IMG/VR virus record: IMGVR_UViG_3300042922_001473
Strand: one strand, 5' to 3'
Length of the DNA: 64,000 nt
Origin: a virus
Lineage: Duplodnaviria; Caudoviricetes
In this document: piece after piece, positions 49,987-59,777 of the stretch
Layout: every line of letters starts with the position of its first letter
Position numbering within the stretch: the stretch's first letter is position 1
The notes under the pieces: generated by a model
Seen by the model: only the letters and a program-made list of their open reading frames with translations
The model's database searches: none
Told to the model about the DNA's origin: nothing
Translations under genes and position numbers: made by a program

Positions 49987-50705
49987 TAAACACTCTCCCT
50001 TACAAACCTTGGATTATTACCAAATATATTTAAACTTATATGCCCAACATCAAATGACCAATTTTCATAATCTTTTAAACTTTTTAAATTATTTATACAT
50101 TGGGTAGCGTCATCAGGTAATTGGAATTTCGTTGCATCATAAAGATTTCCTTGAATCATATACCCATCTTTAAAATCAGAAACAAAAGACGGATAACTTC
50201 TATCTTTTAAATATGCTAAAACCAAATAAACCTGCCTATCTTTTAATGATTTTTGTTTAATTTCAAATAGATTATTATTTTGGAAGTCTGATTTCAACTC
50301 TGGATTTTCATATATACTATCCAATATTTCATATGAAGATGTTAAACTACCAACTATTTCTGATAAAGAATATAATCTTCTTTCTCCTACGGAATTTATA
50401 CCGTCTATGCACCAACCTAAGTTACTTTTTACCACTATTCCTTCCCATTTATTTTCAGGTTCTTCATACCCATAAGCTATTACTTCAATATAATCGCCTT
50501 GATATATGTCAGCACCTGTTTTAGTATCATTTATTCCAATACTCCAAACAATTTCATAATTAAAAACTTCTTCTAATCTGTAGTCAGACTGTGGTAATTG
50601 TTCATTAAACCATAATTTACTCTGTTGGTCTATTAAAAATCTACCACAATTTGAAGTCATCCATTTTTCATTTCCATTGTCCCATATTTTATATTTTTCA
50701 TTCAT
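49986..50705 (-). CDS. YopX-family protein with C-terminal extension
   Basis: YKIWD...G..D..G.DIYQGD...EIL..IYENPEL. Confidence 0.8.
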   Translation of the reverse strand: MNEKYKIWDNGNEKWMTSNCGRFLIDQQSKLWFNEQLPQSDYRLEEVFNYEIVWSIGINDTKTGADIYQGDYIEVIAYGYEEPENKWEGIVVKSNLGWCIDGINSVGERRLYSLSEIVGSLTSSYEILDSIYENPELKSDFQNNNLFEIKQKSLKDRQVYLVLAYLKDRSYPSFVSDFKDGYMIQGNLYDATKFQLPDDATQCINNLKSLKDYENWSFDVGHISLNIFGNNPRFVRESV

Positions 50706-50732
50706 ATATCTTCTCCTTAAGTTAAGATTACC

Positions 50733-50987
50733 TTAGTTATATTCTGTTTCATTAATTATTTCAGGATTAATAGCAAAATCTTTACATATATCTGTCAAGT
50801 TGACTATACAGTAATTGTTTTGCAAAGAGCCTTTTATGCCACTTCTGTCCATATAATCTTCTCCAAGTATTTCAGTAAATGCTGGCAAATCCTTTAATTC
50901 TACATTTAATAATAATTTATCCCCTTGGTTTTGTACTTGATTAATTTCACAAAATGCCATAAATGCTTTTAATGCTGTTTCATCCAT
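50733..50987 (-). CDS. hypothetical protein
   Basis: 84-aa ORF with RBS. Confidence 0.6.
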   Translation of the reverse strand: MDETALKAFMAFCEINQVQNQGDKLLLNVELKDLPAFTEILGEDYMDRSGIKGSLQNNYCIVNLTDICKDFAINPEIINETEYN

Positions 50988-51011
50988 AATTTTTTGTCTT
51001 ACCCCCTATAT

Positions 51012-51488
51012 TTATTCTTTTAGATTCTTAATAAAGCTTTCAAGTTCTTCAATTGTTTTAAACCGAAAAAATTCATCATCTTTTTTCAATGAAAGTGTAA
51101 TTTCCTGAGTTTCCCCACTACATATACTCATTGAATAATCTTTTAAAATAGTTTTTGAATCAAAAATTAATTGAAATACTTCAGTTGAGGAATGTCTATC
51201 ATCCTTAGCAATTTCTTCAAGTGTTTTTGCTATTTTAGACATTGTTCCATTATAAAATCTACTTCCTGCGTTAGTTTGAAAAAAAGATATTGATTGATTA
51301 GAACCATCATACATCGCTTTAAGAAAGCTACTCATTAAACTTCTAATGTCAGCTAAATGACGCATAGAATTAGAATTTTCATTATCATTTAATTTTATTG
51401 CTATAATTTCAAGACTTTTTGCTATTGAAGGGATATGAACACTAAAATATTTTTTACCCATACCTGTATTATGAAAATTTATACCCAT
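51012..51488 (-). CDS. hypothetical protein with internal duplication
   Basis: F..T..G..(Y/F).....IAK.LE.IA occurs twice. Confidence 0.65.
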   Translation of the reverse strand: MGINFHNTGMGKKYFSVHIPSIAKSLEIIAIKLNDNENSNSMRHLADIRSLMSSFLKAMYDGSNQSISFFQTNAGSRFYNGTMSKIAKTLEEIAKDDRHSSTEVFQLIFDSKTILKDYSMSICSGETQEITLSLKKDDEFFRFKTIEELESFIKNLKE

Positions 51489-51573
51489 AAGTATATCTCC
51501 TTTAGATTATTAGTTGTTTTAACAAACACCTTTATTACTTGTTTTTATATTATAGATAATTTTAAATAATTAA

Positions 51574-52155
51574 TTAAGCAATTTTGACAATTAAATAATC
51601 GTCTGACTTATCAATAGAAACTATTTTCTTATTTGACGTATCTACCAGCATTTCTTCTTCATGGATATAAGGGTTTTCTTTATATATTTTATTTATGTCT
51701 AAGCCAATACAGTTATCTTCTAAAATAAATAGAACATTTAAAACCCTATCATATACTTCATCCCAGGTTATTAATCCATTATCCACTTTTTTTTCATAAA
51801 TTCTTAAATAACTTTCATTATCGTTTTCTCTAAAATGCTTATCCTTATCTTCTTCCAAAATTTCAATATCTTTTTCATTTAGTACTTTCTTAGAGATTTT
51901 CCCCAATGTTTCTTCAGGTATATATTCATCTTTAGCAAATCCTACTGCAATGTTTAAGTTTTTACTCCAACTACTATAATTATCCCAATATGGAAATAAA
52001 CTACCTACTTTTATTTCTTCTGCAGGAACTCTTGCCCCTCTATATAATTTTCCATTTATATTTTCTTTATATTTTTCAATTACTTCTTCTAAACAAGCTC
52101 TATCCTTTGGTCCTACATAATCTTTAATTATTTGTTTTTCTCTATCATTTAACAT
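51574..52155 (-). CDS. ADP-ribosyltransferase (R-S-E clade)
   Basis: LYRG, YSSWSK...IA..FA, HEEEML. Confidence 0.7.
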   Translation of the reverse strand: MLNDREKQIIKDYVGPKDRACLEEVIEKYKENINGKLYRGARVPAEEIKVGSLFPYWDNYSSWSKNLNIAVGFAKDEYIPEETLGKISKKVLNEKDIEILEEDKDKHFRENDNESYLRIYEKKVDNGLITWDEVYDRVLNVLFILEDNCIGLDINKIYKENPYIHEEEMLVDTSNKKIVSIDKSDDYLIVKIA

Positions 52156-52179
52156 ATATGTACCTCCGAATAATTTATA

Positions 52180-52213
52180 TTTACATTATATCATATTTAT
52201 GGTATAATGTAAA
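52180..52213. promoter_or_regulatory. palindromic bidirectional sigmaA promoter pair
   Basis: TTTACA-N17-TATAAT on both strands within one near-palindrome. Confidence 0.75.
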
Positions 52214-52327
52214 TTATAAATTACATATTTATTAATAAATAATACATTTGTTATTCTATTGATTCTTAGTATATTTTCGAAATGAATATTAAAGATAAAA
52301 TTTAAAATAAGAAAGGATATATTTTAT

Positions 52328-52537
52328 ATGAACGATATTAAATTAAATCAAATAAGAAAATGGAAGACTGATACAAATAATGAACATTTTAAAATAATTG
52401 TTGATAATGGCATACATTATGGAAATCATTTTTATATAATTGAGTATTTAACGGATAAGAGAAAACAAACAGTAACAGAGCCAGAGTTAATTAGGTCTGT
52501 TATATCAAATGTATATGATGATATTGATTTAAATTAA
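52328..52537 (+). CDS. hypothetical protein
   Basis: 69 aa; AAAGGA RBS. Confidence 0.55.
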   Translation: MNDIKLNQIRKWKTDTNNEHFKIIVDNGIHYGNHFYIIEYLTDKRKQTVTEPELIRSVISNVYDDIDLN

Positions 52538-52741
52538 TTTTTAATTGGAGGTCAATATGAAGGTATTAAGATTTCAAAGAACTAAAGAAATAGAAGCAAA
52601 AAGTTATTATGAGGACTTAATGGATATATGGTTTGCTTGTTAACATTATAAATATTGCTAATATTTATGAGACACCTAAAAATTTGATAATGAAAAAGAA
52701 ATCATACAGGTAAAAGTACTGTTATATAAAGGAAGAAAATT

Positions 52742-53191
52742 ATGAGCATTAGTAGTAAATATAATCTGCATTATGGTGACGAAAGAAGAACAATTATTAG
52801 TATAGAAAATATTAAAAGTGTATCTGAAAAAGAAAATAGATATGATTTATTTGAATTAAATAATATAATAGAACACTCATTAGGGTTTAATACAAGGGGC
52901 TGTGAAAATAACCTTATAAAATTAGGATTTGACATACCAATATCAGAGTGTTTTAAAGGTGAATATGAATATTGTGATTTTTGGCATTATCAAGTGGATG
53001 CAGTATTTAGAAGGTTTGTCAGGAATGATAGTTGCAATTCAATATATGTAGGAACTAAAGAAGGTATAGATTATAAAAAACTAAAGAAAAAACCTAATAA
53101 TTGGCAAAAAATGATGTTAGAAAAGTGGAATGAATTACTATATCCTTTAGCGGATAAAAACGGATGGATAAAATTAGTTATTTGGTGGTAG
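52742..53191 (+). CDS. hypothetical protein
   Basis: DFWHY...NDS...WW* motif. Confidence 0.65.
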   Translation: MSISSKYNLHYGDERRTIISIENIKSVSEKENRYDLFELNNIIEHSLGFNTRGCENNLIKLGFDIPISECFKGEYEYCDFWHYQVDAVFRRFVRNDSCNSIYVGTKEGIDYKKLKKKPNNWQKMMLEKWNELLYPLADKNGWIKLVIWW

Positions 53192-53325
53192 AAACTAAAA
53201 CAAGAATAGTCGGTTAAATAAAAAGGTAGTTTAGGTATGATAATGAAAAAATAATCATATAGTTATATAAATTTTAAATATTACAGTATAATAAAATAAT
53301 TACAAAAGAAAAAGGAGAACATAAC

Positions 53326-53985
53326 ATGTTTAATAATACAGAAACAAAACACCCAAGTTTTGGAACATTATCATTTAGTAGAGTAAATGGAGGTACAAGA
53401 AATTTATTTGGAAGCTCTATAAAGCACAGAGACACTATAGTAATGCGTTTATATGAGGCATGTATTGAAAGAAATTTGAATCGTGATTGGATTCGTGGAG
53501 ACAAGGTTATTGCAGAAGCTGAAATGTCTTATAGTCAATTTGCAGAAGCTATTACTGCAATGAATATGGGTTCTGGTGTTCCTGTTACATTAAGATATAT
53601 AAAAAGTGTTGGAGTTATTGAAGAATGTCCTTTTGTAGACAAAGTACAACAATTTGAAGAAGAGTTTTCAGAGCATGTTGATGAATCTAACCAAGCAATT
53701 AACAATATAATAAACGAAGTTTCTTCAATTTTTAGCGAAAAGAAAAACTTAACAAAAGCAGACAAAGAAAATATATTAAGAAGCTTACAACAACTTCAAA
53801 TGAATGTTGGTTCAAACACTAAATTCATATATGAACAATTTAATGAACAAATGGATAAAACTGTATCTGAAGCTAAAGGTGAAATAGAAGCTTTCATACA
53901 AAATAAAATAAATTCTATTGCCAATGTAGCTTTAGTTGAGCACAAAGATGAATTTAAGAAATTAGATAGCCCTATAAACTTTTAA
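53326..53985 (+). CDS. conserved phage/plasmid hypothetical protein
   Basis: HPSFG...LFGSSI.H...MS.SQFAE.IT.MN.GSGVPVTL. Confidence 0.8.
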   Translation: MFNNTETKHPSFGTLSFSRVNGGTRNLFGSSIKHRDTIVMRLYEACIERNLNRDWIRGDKVIAEAEMSYSQFAEAITAMNMGSGVPVTLRYIKSVGVIEECPFVDKVQQFEEEFSEHVDESNQAINNIINEVSSIFSEKKNLTKADKENILRSLQQLQMNVGSNTKFIYEQFNEQMDKTVSEAKGEIEAFIQNKINSIANVALVEHKDEFKKLDSPINF

Positions 53986-53999
53986 AGATAGAGCCGACT

Positions 54000-54581
54000 A
54001 TGTATTTAAATAATGATGATTATAGATTAATAAATCAATTTAAAGATATTATCAAAGCCAATAAAACAATTATGAATACATTGTCCATTATGGAATCTTT
54101 GAATTTATCAGATTGTTGGCTAACAGGTGGGGCAATACGTTGTGCTGTATGGAACTGGATACATAACTATGAATCGGACAGAAATTTAAAAGATTTGGAT
54201 ATTGTTTATTATTCAAAAGAAAAAATTAAAATTGAACATGATGGCAAATTTGTAAATTCTGTGCCCATGGAATTTACAAATCAAGCTTTCATTCATGAAT
54301 GGTATGAGAAAAAATACGGAATTAATTTAAAACCATTAGTAAGCGTAGAAGATGGCTTATATTTATGGAGTGATTCTTGTAATTCTATTTTATTAAGACG
54401 TATTAATGGAGGATTAGAGATAAAATCATTAACAGGTTTATCTGATTTGTGCAACGGAATTATTAGACCAATTAAAGAACGTTATGAAAAATATGGATTA
54501 CCAGCTTCTGATTATTACAAAAGGCTGGAAAAATGGGATGTAATAAATAATTATCCTAAAATAAAGATTTTATATGAATAA
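54000..54581 (+). CDS. nucleotidyltransferase family protein (DUF925-like)
   Basis: GGAIRCAVWN, DLDIVYY, NQA, GL.DL..GIIRP. Confidence 0.8.
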   Translation: MYLNNDDYRLINQFKDIIKANKTIMNTLSIMESLNLSDCWLTGGAIRCAVWNWIHNYESDRNLKDLDIVYYSKEKIKIEHDGKFVNSVPMEFTNQAFIHEWYEKKYGINLKPLVSVEDGLYLWSDSCNSILLRRINGGLEIKSLTGLSDLCNGIIRPIKERYEKYGLPASDYYKRLEKWDVINNYPKIKILYE

Positions 54582-54610
54582 TAACTAAAACAATAAAAAA
54601 ACAGAGAATA

Positions 54611-55294
54611 TTAATTCTCTGTTTTTTTATTGTTATCTAAATATGTTTCAAGTTTATTTTTTGCGTCTTCCAAATATCCTTTTCTTGATGCATAAATTAA
54701 TTCGTTACATTGATTTTCCGTTAATATACCTGAGTTTCTTTTCGTTACACAATTATATGCAAAATCAAGTATTATTGTAAATTCTCCAACATGCTTTTTA
54801 TCGCATAGTTGGTCACTTGGAATTTTAGTTAAATCTTTACCTTTGAATCCTCCTTGTACTATATGAAATTGATATTCATAAGGAATAAAGCTAATACCCA
54901 CATTATTTTCTGTAAGTTGTACTTTATAATACTCACTTACTATATATGCAGGTTTATTATTTCTGTGTAATTTAAGAATGTTATAGTCACCATCTTTAAG
55001 GGACTTTGTAATAAAGTCTTCTGCTTCTTTTGTAGTAAATACCATTTCGAAAAACGGTCTTTCTTCTCTCCACTGCACGACTTTAGTATCATAATTTTCA
55101 ATCATTTCATCTAATGTGCTTGTATCGTTATCAGTAAACTTATCAGCATAAAAATCCTCATAGCCAAGAAATTTAAACTCCTTTAACATATCCAGTGGAT
55201 AAAATGTAGTAATTTTACCTTCTGTATATCCATAAACACCTATTTTTATTTCTTCATCTTCAACATGATTTCTGTTTTTAATGTATTCGCCCAT
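54611..55294 (-). CDS. hypothetical protein
   Basis: 227 aa; AAGGAG RBS. Confidence 0.7.
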   Translation of the reverse strand: MGEYIKNRNHVEDEEIKIGVYGYTEGKITTFYPLDMLKEFKFLGYEDFYADKFTDNDTSTLDEMIENYDTKVVQWREERPFFEMVFTTKEAEDFITKSLKDGDYNILKLHRNNKPAYIVSEYYKVQLTENNVGISFIPYEYQFHIVQGGFKGKDLTKIPSDQLCDKKHVGEFTIILDFAYNCVTKRNSGILTENQCNELIYASRKGYLEDAKNKLETYLDNNKKTEN

Positions 55295-55341
55295 TTTTAA
55301 AGCTCTCCTTTTTTATAGTTTTCTTTTAATATCTTACAATG

Positions 55342-55785
55342 TTATGACGCATAACTTAATCTAAGTTTTTTTAATATTTCATCATGTAATACCCATCTTT
55401 CAGGAACAGACCCATATTTCAGTAAAAAAGCATTTCTTTCTTTTTCAGTAGTTTCAACAGAATTTAATAGAAAATTAGCTCTATACTTAGGATTAATTCC
55501 TGCTGTCTGAATAATATTACAGCCAGGGAACTCCACTTTGTACTTATTCTTAAAGTAATTTACTGCTTCATCCATATCTTTGCAATTATCAATCGTTGCA
55601 ATAAAGTTAGGAACTACATCATTTATTGAACTATTAATCATTCTATATGACTGATTTTTTAATGCATCTTCCCTTTCTTTTCTTCTCTTTTCCTTTTTTG
55701 CCTCTCTTTTATCCCTTATGACTTTAACTTCTTTCTCCATACCAAGCAAAATATCTAAACTTTCAAAACCTTTAATTTTTGCCAT
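55342..55785 (-). CDS. hypothetical protein
   Basis: 147 aa; GGAGG RBS. Confidence 0.65.
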   Translation of the reverse strand: MAKIKGFESLDILLGMEKEVKVIRDKREAKKEKRRKEREDALKNQSYRMINSSINDVVPNFIATIDNCKDMDEAVNYFKNKYKVEFPGCNIIQTAGINPKYRANFLLNSVETTEKERNAFLLKYGSVPERWVLHDEILKKLRLSYAS

Positions 55786-55910
55786 TTTAAAGCCTCCATT
55801 ATATAAATATTTAATTTATTTCCCTATTTTATATATTTATATATTATAGTAAAGCTTTAGTTTTTTAATTATTGATAAAAATAAAAAGCAGTAAAATTAC
55901 TGCTTTAATT

Positions 55911-56489
55911 TTAATAATTTTCAGCTTCAGCTAATATCCAGTTTTTAAATTTGTTTTCCTCTTTAAAAACTTTCTTTATTCCATCTTCGTGAATGACTTC
56001 TAAATCCCCATTTTCTTTTTCTTCAAAACGCCACCCATCTTGAATTAAATTCTGAACCGTCATAGTCAGTATTCTTGTTTCACTAATAAATGGAGCAATT
56101 TTTTCTTCAAAGGGCGTTTCTTTTTCGAGCTTAGTCTCTAAAGACGCAATAATACTCCCAAAATCATTATCAGTAGGGCATAGAATAGTATTGTCCATTG
56201 TATCTACAACATAATAATCACTTTTATCATTCGCAAAACGAGAATTGCCCTTGAACCCGTAATCAACATATACCTTGTATCGTTCACCTATTATTCTTAA
56301 ACATTTTAAGGCAACTGATTTATATATAAACAGCTTATCTTCCCTATATTCTAAAGAATCCCCTACATATTGTTTAAATAATAAGTTATTATTAATAGGT
56401 TGAATCCGTTCCATGTGTATCCTCCTAAAAAATCTTAAAATTACTTTTATTATATATTTATAATACCACACAAATGACGCTTCCACCAC
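55911..56489 (-). CDS. hypothetical protein (likely start 56414)
   Basis: AGGAGG RBS precedes internal ATG (MERIQP). Confidence 0.65.
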   Translation of the reverse strand: MVEASFVWYYKYIIKVILRFFRRIHMERIQPINNNLLFKQYVGDSLEYREDKLFIYKSVALKCLRIIGERYKVYVDYGFKGNSRFANDKSDYYVVDTMDNTILCPTDNDFGSIIASLETKLEKETPFEEKIAPFISETRILTMTVQNLIQDGWRFEEKENGDLEVIHEDGIKKVFKEENKFKNWILAEAENY

Positions 56490-56503
56490 TTTTTGTGTGA
56501 GTT

Positions 56504-56761
56504 TTAACTACTTAACATATTTCTATACTCGTTCAAAATCTTATTAGAATTTTCTGCTACTTTCTTGACTGAATATTCAGGTGCATTCATTCTTTTTTCA
56601 TTTTTTAACAATTGTTCAAGATAAAAATATATTAAGCTATAAACAATCCCTAAATTATCACAGCTTTCTTCATCATGACATGTTTCCCCTACTGCATTAA
56701 TATGTCCTATTATTTTTTCACATATATCTGTTATTCCAAAAAGACCTTTCACCTCAAACAC
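56504..56761 (-). CDS. hypothetical protein
   Basis: IG.I..VGET..D...NL motif. Confidence 0.65.
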   Translation of the reverse strand: MFEVKGLFGITDICEKIIGHINAVGETCHDEESCDNLGIVYSLIYFYLEQLLKNEKRMNAPEYSVKKVAENSNKILNEYRNMLSS

Positions 56762-56912
56762 TCCTCTTCTCTAATTTTTAATCTATTACATATATTTTTA
56801 ACGACAAACATATGTTACTGTTTATATATCCTTTATTATATTATTTTTTCATATATTGCCATGATAAAATCACCACTCCCAGATTCAATCATGGTTTTCA
56901 TCGCAAAATCCT

Positions 56913-57815
56913 TTATAATACCCTCCACCTATTGTAACAACATGGTTTTGGACATCTTTTTATCGGTTTATATTTTTTAACCAAACCTACATATTCATTA
57001 AATTCGGTTTCTTCTAAAAATATAGTAATATTTTTCCAATACTTTATTTCTTTCTTCTTTTGTTTTACAAATTCATATAGCTTTGGAACTTCACCCGAGT
57101 GTTCTTCGATTAACTGATTAATACTTCTTGTTAAGCTAATACCACCTAATGAGCCATTCTTAAAACGTTCATTTTTGCGACATACATATATTGCAGTGTT
57201 ATTATCTTTTATTATATCTACTTTAAAGTATGGACTTAATTTTTCAAGAAATGTTTCTTCCGAAATCCACGCAAACTCTGTTTCATGTTTTTCATATCCT
57301 TCTCTTTCTTGTATATGGTGAACTATATCCCCCTCTTTCAAATAAGAAGTTTCTATGAATTTAACTCCATCAATTTCATATTCTTTTATTATAGGCTCTT
57401 TTGTAGGTTTTTTACTGAATGTATTAAATATAAATACCCCATTAGGAATTAATAGTTCTGAAAACTTTGCAATTGAAGTGCTTAAAAACCAATAAGTTAC
57501 TGCTTGTTGGCAGAATATTGCATTAAATCTCATTCTATTATGAAATTGATTTACGAACTCTTCTACAGATAAATTAAAAAAGCTTATATGACGTTTTTTT
57601 AATTCTTCAATAGGAGTCATTTCTATTTCTTGGTCTACATAAAAGACAATACCACCTTGATTATGTGCTTCAAAAGTTAATCTTCCATTTCCTCCACATA
57701 AATCAAGAACTGAATCACCCTTCTGTATCTTCGCAAGGTCTACTAAAACTTTTGAGCTTCTATTAAAATATCTTTGATACAATTTTTCATATTCTGTATA
57801 CTTAGGATATCTCAT
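56913..57815 (-). CDS. class I SAM-dependent methyltransferase
   Basis: VLDLCGGNGRL, CQQAVTYW, L.PNGVFIFNTF. Confidence 0.85.
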   Translation of the reverse strand: MRYPKYTEYEKLYQRYFNRSSKVLVDLAKIQKGDSVLDLCGGNGRLTFEAHNQGGIVFYVDQEIEMTPIEELKKRHISFFNLSVEEFVNQFHNRMRFNAIFCQQAVTYWFLSTSIAKFSELLIPNGVFIFNTFSKKPTKEPIIKEYEIDGVKFIETSYLKEGDIVHHIQEREGYEKHETEFAWISEETFLEKLSPYFKVDIIKDNNTAIYVCRKNERFKNGSLGGISLTRSINQLIEEHSGEVPKLYEFVKQKKKEIKYWKNITIFLEETEFNEYVGLVKKYKPIKRCPKPCCYNRWRVL

Positions 57816-57816
57816 T

Positions 57817-58965
57817 TTATTTACCTTCCATTTCTGTTATTAAATTTCCTTCTTTATCAAACAGTAAAAAACAACCATGATTTTCAATATTAAACGAACC
57901 AGTTATATTCCTAACACTATCCCTTACAGTTCCAGGAAATGCATATGGTAGTGTTGGATAATTATTATCTTCTTCATGATAATGCACTATTACATCAATC
58001 TTTGGATTTTTAAATATATTAGCAAGTAACGGTGCATTTAACGAAGCTTTTTTTATCCCATAAACAATTACCTTTTTTAAATTATGGTCTACATCCTTCA
58101 CAACAACAGTCTCTTCTAATTCTCTTTTTCCCCTTGCAGTTGTAAAAAACATTTCATTATCAATTCTTACAGCGATAGTTCCAAACTTATACTTTCCCCC
58201 ATATATCTTTTCGAACTTTTCTTTATATTTTTCTTTATAAAATTCAAACTTTCCTACTACTTCCTTTGTACTAATTGCTTCATCTTCCTTATAACATGTT
58301 GTAGAACTATGCATAGTGGAATAATGTTTGTCATTTAATGCTTCCCAAATAAAATCAGGATATGTTTCCATATTTAACTCGATGATACTTCTTTCCTTTG
58401 TTATTGCGTATTTTTTTGTAAGGTCTTTGGTGTCATTTGCAAATACAGCAGTAGCTTTAGAGTTTAATACCACTTCATAACCAGCTTCTATGAGCTGTTC
58501 ATGATTATATCCCGAAAGAAGTTTAAAACCAAAAACTGCAGTTTTAGGGCTGATAATTTTAATCATATCTATTATTCTTGGAGCTATTATAAATGGTATA
58601 TTAATTACCTCACCTGGCTCGTAGTTATGCGAAGGAAACTTCCCTTTAAAAGGTTCTTTAGGAATTAAATTAGCAACTGCACTTCCAAGAATTACTGCAT
58701 CCATTTCAGGAGCTAACTCCAATACTTTATCTTTATAATCATAATATCCGTCTTGATAAATTATCTTTATATTAGGACTATTTGGTTCTGCAAAGCCTTT
58801 AGCTACTAAATATGTAATTGATATATTGTCTTTACCAAGTTCTGATAATTCGTCAGCTAATTTTGCTATTAACCCACCTTTAAATTTATTAGTCACTAAC
58901 TTAACATCATCCAATTTTCCATAAACAGGTCCACCTGTTATTAACACTTTCTTTATATTTTTCAT
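57817..58965 (-). CDS. CoaB (phosphopantothenoylcysteine synthetase)-like domain fused to class II aldolase/adducin-like domain
   Basis: VLITGGP...LDDVK.VTNKFKG, AVAN, GFKL, AND; then GTIA.R, TTARGK, ASLNAPL, IVHYH, NHG. Confidence 0.75.
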   Translation of the reverse strand: MKNIKKVLITGGPVYGKLDDVKLVTNKFKGGLIAKLADELSELGKDNISITYLVAKGFAEPNSPNIKIIYQDGYYDYKDKVLELAPEMDAVILGSAVANLIPKEPFKGKFPSHNYEPGEVINIPFIIAPRIIDMIKIISPKTAVFGFKLLSGYNHEQLIEAGYEVVLNSKATAVFANDTKDLTKKYAITKERSIIELNMETYPDFIWEALNDKHYSTMHSSTTCYKEDEAISTKEVVGKFEFYKEKYKEKFEKIYGGKYKFGTIAVRIDNEMFFTTARGKRELEETVVVKDVDHNLKKVIVYGIKKASLNAPLLANIFKNPKIDVIVHYHEEDNNYPTLPYAFPGTVRDSVRNITGSFNIENHGCFLLFDKEGNLITEMEGK

Positions 58966-58994
58966 ATATATCCTCTCTTTTTTTATTATAACTG

Positions 58995-59246
58995 CTATAT
59001 CTGATTTATTGATTCAGTAAATTTTTCTAAATCTTCTTTTATGCTTTTTACTTTATTTATATACTGCGAACATTGTTCTTTATATACATCTGCCAATCTC
59101 CTTGTCTTGCGTAAATCAGCTAAAGTTTGTCTTAACAATTCTCTTAACAAAGCTTGATTATTATATTTCTCAATTAAGATTTCTTCTAATTCATCTTCTG
59201 ATAATAGTATTAATTTCATTGGATTATCAATTATATTGTTTTCCAT
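58995..59246 (-). CDS. coiled-coil hypothetical protein
   Basis: 83 aa with RBS. Confidence 0.6.
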   Translation of the reverse strand: MENNIIDNPMKLILLSEDELEEILIEKYNNQALLRELLRQTLADLRKTRRLADVYKEQCSQYINKVKSIKEDLEKFTESINQI

Positions 59247-59285
59247 AATCGCCTTCCTTAATTATTTCGCTATTTTTTATATTTT

Positions 59286-59582
59286 TTATGCAATATTTTT
59301 AGCAATCATTTGTATTCCTTTATATGAATTCGCATAATGTAAATATACAAAGGAAAAATTTATATTTTTATGTTCTTCTTTTAACTGAGACAAAACTAAC
59401 TCTGATATTTCTTCTTGAAATTCATAGGTAACTTTATTAAAGAATTCAATTGTTGTTGAACTTATTCCTCTTTTAACATTCTTTTTAAATTCCTGAATAC
59501 AGTATTTTTTAAAGCTTTTTACATCCTTTTTAATAATCTTGTCTTTATTTTTCTTAGCTTTTAACTCGTAATTTATAGCCAA
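59286..59582 (-). CDS. hypothetical protein
   Basis: 98 aa, downstream of promoter 59619-59647. Confidence 0.6.
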   Translation of the reverse strand: MAINYELKAKKNKDKIIKKDVKSFKKYCIQEFKKNVKRGISSTTIEFFNKVTYEFQEEISELVLSQLKEEHKNINFSFVYLHYANSYKGIQMIAKNIA

Positions 59583-59618
59583 TATATCACTTCCTGACTT
59601 ATTTTTAAATTATAATAT

Positions 59619-59647
59619 ATTATACCATAATTTAAGGATTTTGTAAA
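59619..59647 (-). promoter_or_regulatory. sigmaA promoter TTTACA-N17-TATAAT
   Basis: Exact spacing with TG extension. Confidence 0.75.
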
Positions 59648-59723
59648 TTAATTTTTACAATAATATTAATAAATAAAAAAGTCTATAAAAGATTCTAATG
59701 GAACTTCCGAATTGTTACTTCCC

Positions 59724-59777
59724 AAATATAAAAAATATCCATTTTGTAATATTACAAAATGGATATTTTTTATATTT
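59724..59777. repeat. perfect 54-bp palindrome with no spacer
   Basis: aaatataaaaaatatccattttgtaat|attacaaaatggatattttttatattt. Confidence 0.9.
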
